A program made the position numbers and the translations under genes. Of a stretch of 64,000 nucleotides of DNA, positions 59,880-64,000 are shown in pieces; positions within the stretch are counted from its first letter, which is position 1, and every line of letters starts with the position of its first letter. The DNA lies in NCBI RefSeq assembly GCF_900634775.1, contig NC_041064.1, positions 1,444,717 through 1,508,716 of the forward strand, read 5' to 3'. The notes beneath the pieces were generated by a model. The model was given only the letters and a program-made list of their open reading frames with translations, searched no databases and was not told the origin of the DNA. The DNA comes from Gouania willdenowi. Its lineage: Eukaryota.

Positions 59880-60960
59880 AGATGGAGGCCAAAGTTCCTC
59901 ACACCAGAGGGTTCAGAGACTCTGTTGCCCGACTCTACCAATGCGGCAATAAGATATCAGGCAAAGACACACACCAGGTCTTCTCCCTTCACATGGCGCT
60001 GCCGTTACAACAAGAGAGGAGGCGGGGGCCGCCACGGCGGTACCAGATACCAGCTGGGGCTCCCAGCTCGACCTGTCCGCTGTCCCTCTGCACAAGGATG
60101 ACGTCCTCGAGCTGGACTTTGGGGAGGATAAAGATGCCGCCTCTGAACTCCTCATCACAGAAGAGGAAGATGAGGATGACGTCTTCATGATTCCGGCTCT
60201 GGCTGCACAGTCTGCTGCCTCTGCTGCTTCTTGTGAGGGAGAAGAGGGAAGCACACCAGCTTCTCCTCTCCCTGGCTTGGACATGCTTGACATGTGCAAA
60301 CGTGCAACTGCCCGGCTAGCCGTCCCCTGTCCTGCTGCTTTGGCCATGTCCACAAGCACGCACACACACAAGATTTATTAAAAAGAATAAAGTGTGTACA
60401 GCTGTTGCCCCGAGCCAATAGCGCAGCAAATAAAAGCAGAACTTGTCACAATAAGCAGCGCGGTGACGGCACCCGCTGTTCCCCTCCGGTAGGCGGCCTT
60501 GGGCCCCTCCTGGCTCGGAAGCAGCAGGGCCTCTGTCATCACACTGATGTTGCCGTTCCACCAAAAAAGGGTGCCACCGCACCATGGATTGAGCCTCTCA
60601 TGGATGACGGACTGCAGCATATGCCCGCCCTCTCCCTCAGATGCCAGAAGTCAGCCGCGCTTGCAGTGTTACGGACAATATTGAAAGGATACAGGCTGCA
60701 GTTTGCCGCTGTTCCTCCTCGTTTCAACCGGTATAATACACTCACGGGCTCAGGGAGAGTCAGCCCGTTTTTTTACAGGAGGAAATTTTGCCACTGTTAA
60801 ACAAATGAGCAATTTCTGTTGTCTCTCCTGGACTGTTTCAGAGCAGGTTTTATTCCAGTCCCCAAGTGGGAGGGGAGCGGTATTTGCCCTATCCTGGATC
60901 TACGTGCTCTGAACAGGTATCTCAGGAAATACAGGTTCACGCTGGTTTAGGTCACCCTCG
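59880..60960 (+). mobile_element. DIRS-like retrotransposon fragment (region upstream of and entering RT)
   Basis: 'ILKGYRLQFAAVPPRFN' (60670-60720) and 'FQSPSGRGAVFALSWIYVL' resemble the DIRS1 'LxKGYRIQF..PPRF' and 'ESGFYSRYFLVPKKDGGLRPILDLR' blocks. Frameshifted. Confidence 0.4.
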
Positions 60961-61307
60961 TGGAAAACATCCATAAGCAGGATCTGAAGGTCATGCTAGT
61001 TGATAAAGGTCCTTCCACGAGGGGGACCTCAAAAGTCTCCCATGTGGAAGACTTCCATAAAGGCTACCTAAAAGCGGCCCAATGCAAGTCAAGTAAAGGT
61101 CATGCAAGTTGACAGAGGTGATTCCATGAGGGGGACCTCAAAAGCCCCGTCCTCGTGGCAACCTTTATTTTTGAAGGCAGGCATTCTTGAAATTGGCTTT
61201 AGACTCCACTGCCCAAATTTCATCTTAATCGGAAGACATGCCTCCAAATGGAAACTGAACTGCCCCTCCTCCACACTGAGCAGAAATTTTCATAATTCAA
61301 AATTGGC

Positions 61308-61340
61308 TTATAATAATAATAATAATAATAATAAATTTTA
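61308..61340. repeat. (AAT)n microsatellite at the LINE 3' end
   Basis: Sequence 'aataataataataataataataa'. Confidence 0.85.
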
Positions 61341-61449
61341 TTTACAATGCACTTTACATTTCAAATAAAATATCAAAGTGCTACATAGTAAAACAGGATA
61401 AAAATACAATACAATACAACAATAAAAGCAGGACAAGTTAAAATTAGCT

Positions 61450-64000
61450 ATAGGCTTTTTTAAAAAGGAAGGTCTTTCATCCTTTTTTAAAAGCATCCAC
61501 CGTGTGGAGACCTAAGGTGGTCAGGAAGGGCGTTCCACAGACGAGGAGCGGCAGCTTCGAAAGCCCTGTCCCCCATTGTCATGAGCCGCGTCCTGGGCGT
61601 GAGCAGACGGTGCTGTTGGCCTGACCGGGTCCTGGTTGAGGTGTGTGGTGTGAGGAGGTCAGTGAGGTAGGAGGGGGCATCACCGTGCAGACAGTGGTGG
61701 GTGTGTAGGAGGACCTTGTACTCTATGCGGGCGGAGATGGGAAGCCAGTGGAGAGTGCGGAGTATGGGGGTGATATGGTCGTATTTCCGCACCCTCATCA
61801 GGACCCTGGCAGCGCTGTTTTGGACATACTGGAGTTTTTGGATGTTCCTGCCAGGGATCCCGATGAGGAGTGCGTTACAGTAGTCCAACCTGGAGGAGAC
61901 AAACGCATGGACGAGCCTCTCTGCAGCCGAAAGGGAGAGGAAAGGACGGAGTTTTGAGATGTTACGGAGGTGAAAGAAAGAGGTTTTGCATATGTGGGTG
62001 ACATGGTTGTCGAAGGAGAGGTGGGGGTCAAACTTCACCCCAAGGTTGGTAAAGGTGGGAGAGAGGGGAATGCTGTGGCCAAAAATTGAAACTGAGGCGA
62101 TGGGGGAGGCACGGAGTTGTTGAGGGGTACCAATTTGGATGGCTTCTGTTTTTGAGCTATTCAGCTGCAAGAAGTTTTGTCTCATCCATGCGTTTATCTC
62201 CTCCAGGCAGGAGCTGAGACGAGTGAGGGTGGCAGAGGGGGACCCAGAGGGGGAGACCTTGAGTTAGAGTTGTGTGTCGTCAGCATAGCAGTGGAAGTTA
62301 ATTCCGTGCCTGCCGACGACACACCCGAGGGGAAGCATGTAAATAGTGAAGAGGGTGGGGCCGAGCACGGAGCCCTGGGGGACCCCACAGGTGACAGTTT
62401 TGGGGCGGGATTTAGCATTCTTCAGGACCACGTACTCGGTCCTGTCAGTGAGGTAGGAACGGAACCAGTGAAGGACGTGTCAGAAAGGCCAATGTGCTGG
62501 AGACGGTGGAGAAGGATGTTGTGGTCGATGGTGTCAAAGGCAGCAGAGAGGTCGAGAAGAATGAGGGATGTGGAACCGGAGTCAGAGGTCATCAGCAGGT
62601 CATTTGTGACTCTGATGAGTGCTGTTTCTGTACTGTGGGAGGGGCGGAAACCAGATTGGAATTTTTCATGTAGGCTGTTAGTTTTGAGGTGATTGTGGAG
62701 CTGAGAGGAGACTACTTTTTCCAGGATTTTGGATATGAATGGGAGGTTGGAGATGGGACGGTAATTTGATAAGTTTTCAGGGTCAAGAGAAGGTTTTTTC
62801 AGGAGTGGTTTGATTAAAGCTGTGTAACGAACAGGACGTTCGTTACGTGCACTTGCACTTTACACACACAGCACTTTTATATTCACTAGCACTTTTATGC
62901 ACACTGCACTTGAAACACGCTAATTTGCACAAATAAAAGTATTGCACACGTTGGTCAGTTTTAAATTGTTTATTGAAAAGATTTGTTGTTGTTGCCCGTG
63001 GGTCCGGTCGGGATGCGTCGCCTCCGGTAATGGCGGCCGGTCCTGCGGAGGCAACAGGATATTTGGGATTGTGCAATACTATGTGCCATGTTTTAAGAAT
63101 TAGTTGATGCGTTAGGTGTTGCGTGCATGCGGTGAATGTTTGGGTGGGTGAATGTGTATCTGTGTGGGTGCAAGCTACTTACGTTTCCTCTTGTGTCCAG
63201 GGTGGCGGTGTCTGGCCAAAAGATTCCCCAGGGAAACAGACGCCGCTGAAAAGCATTCCAGGCTGGACCAAGGGGCGAAAAAGCTTGGGGGTGGCTGAAT
63301 AGGTTTTAACCGGTTTTAGGATGTAGTTTTGATTCAGTTAGGTGATTTTGGTTGGGAGTTTATTGTAGTGGGGTTTTTCTTTGTTTATATTATGGCTATG
63401 GGTTTTATTGGAGGATTTGAATGTGGTTTTAGAAGCTAATGTTATTTTCTACACCTGCTTAGCTTTATGGTTTTATCCAGTTTAGTGGGAGGGTATTTAA
63501 GGCGCCTGATGCCCTCACTCTAGGTTCTGCTGCTGGAGGAGACCTGTCAGTCCTTTGATGCACCTTTGTTTTGCACTGTGCACTTTATTGTATTTTCGCA
63601 TCAAAAAATAAATGCCCAAAAAAAAAGGAAGTGGACCACTAAGACGGCCTCCCTGGTCTTTTTTCTCATTACTCACCGCCTCCTGCTCATGCCGCCCTGT
63701 CACAAGCTGTTTTGAGGGAAAGTGGGACGTTGCCAGTTTTCAGGGAGAGATTGATGATTTTGGTTATGAGGGGGCTAATGACTTGGTTGTGACTTTTGAG
63801 CAGAGGAGAGGGAATGGGATCCAGGGAGCAGGTGGATGATTTTGAGGTGCAGACAATCTTCTCGACCTCCTGCTGCGTTGTGGGTATGAAGTGTGTGAGA
63901 TGTTGTTTAACGGGTGTGGTCGGGATGTCATGGACGGAATTTTGAAGAGGTGCGAGAGATGAGCGGATATTGTCAATTTTGGATGTAAAACTATCAAGGA
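61450..64000 (-). mobile_element. L2/CR1-like LINE, 3' part (RT C-terminal region); runs off the window edge
   Basis: ORF 61487-62185 (-) reads '...LDYCNALLIGIPGRNIQKLQYVQNSAARVLMRVRKYDHITPILRTLHWLPISARIEYKVLLHTHHCL', the characteristic L2-clade tail. Upstream minus-strand frames carry RT-like segments with frameshifts. Confidence 0.6.

Noticed and set aside
59913-60371. 152-aa Ser/Ala-rich ORF on the - strand
   Set aside because: Low-complexity translation antisense to the DIRS-like fragment. No domain signal.
62177-62692. 171-aa ORF on the + strand
   Set aside because: It is antisense to the L2-like LINE reverse transcriptase read on the - strand and has no independent support.

Overview
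This window is vertebrate (teleost fish) nuclear DNA, not a prokaryotic locus. It has introns with GT-AG boundaries, tRNA-derived SINEs, LINE and DIRS retroelement debris, many micro- and minisatellites, and MITEs.

The main feature is a complete vault poly(ADP-ribose) polymerase gene, parp4, on the + strand. I reconstructed 33 coding exons from ATG 11785 to the stop at 51727, with splice phases consistent across 32 of the 33 junction sets. The domain order is BRCT, PARP regulatory and catalytic, VIT, vWA, a large Pro-rich repeat exon, then the C-terminal MVP-interacting region. The one exception is a 1-nt frame discontinuity inside exon 6.

parp4 is bracketed by two intron-containing TAAR-like GPCR genes of the teleost class III type (3441-4561 on +, 56716-57804 on -) plus one TAAR pseudogene fragment.

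The parp4 introns carry several unusual elements:
- a THAP-domain ORF inside an element bounded by terminal inverted repeats;
- long-TIR and hAT-like MITEs;
- an intron made almost entirely of (AC)n;
- minisatellites that abut splice sites;
- inverted and direct repeat pairs that flank the vWA exons.

The window edges hold DIRS-like, L1-like, L2-like and Gypsy/ERV-like fragments. All coordinates were hand-derived and may be off by 1-3 nt at splice junctions.
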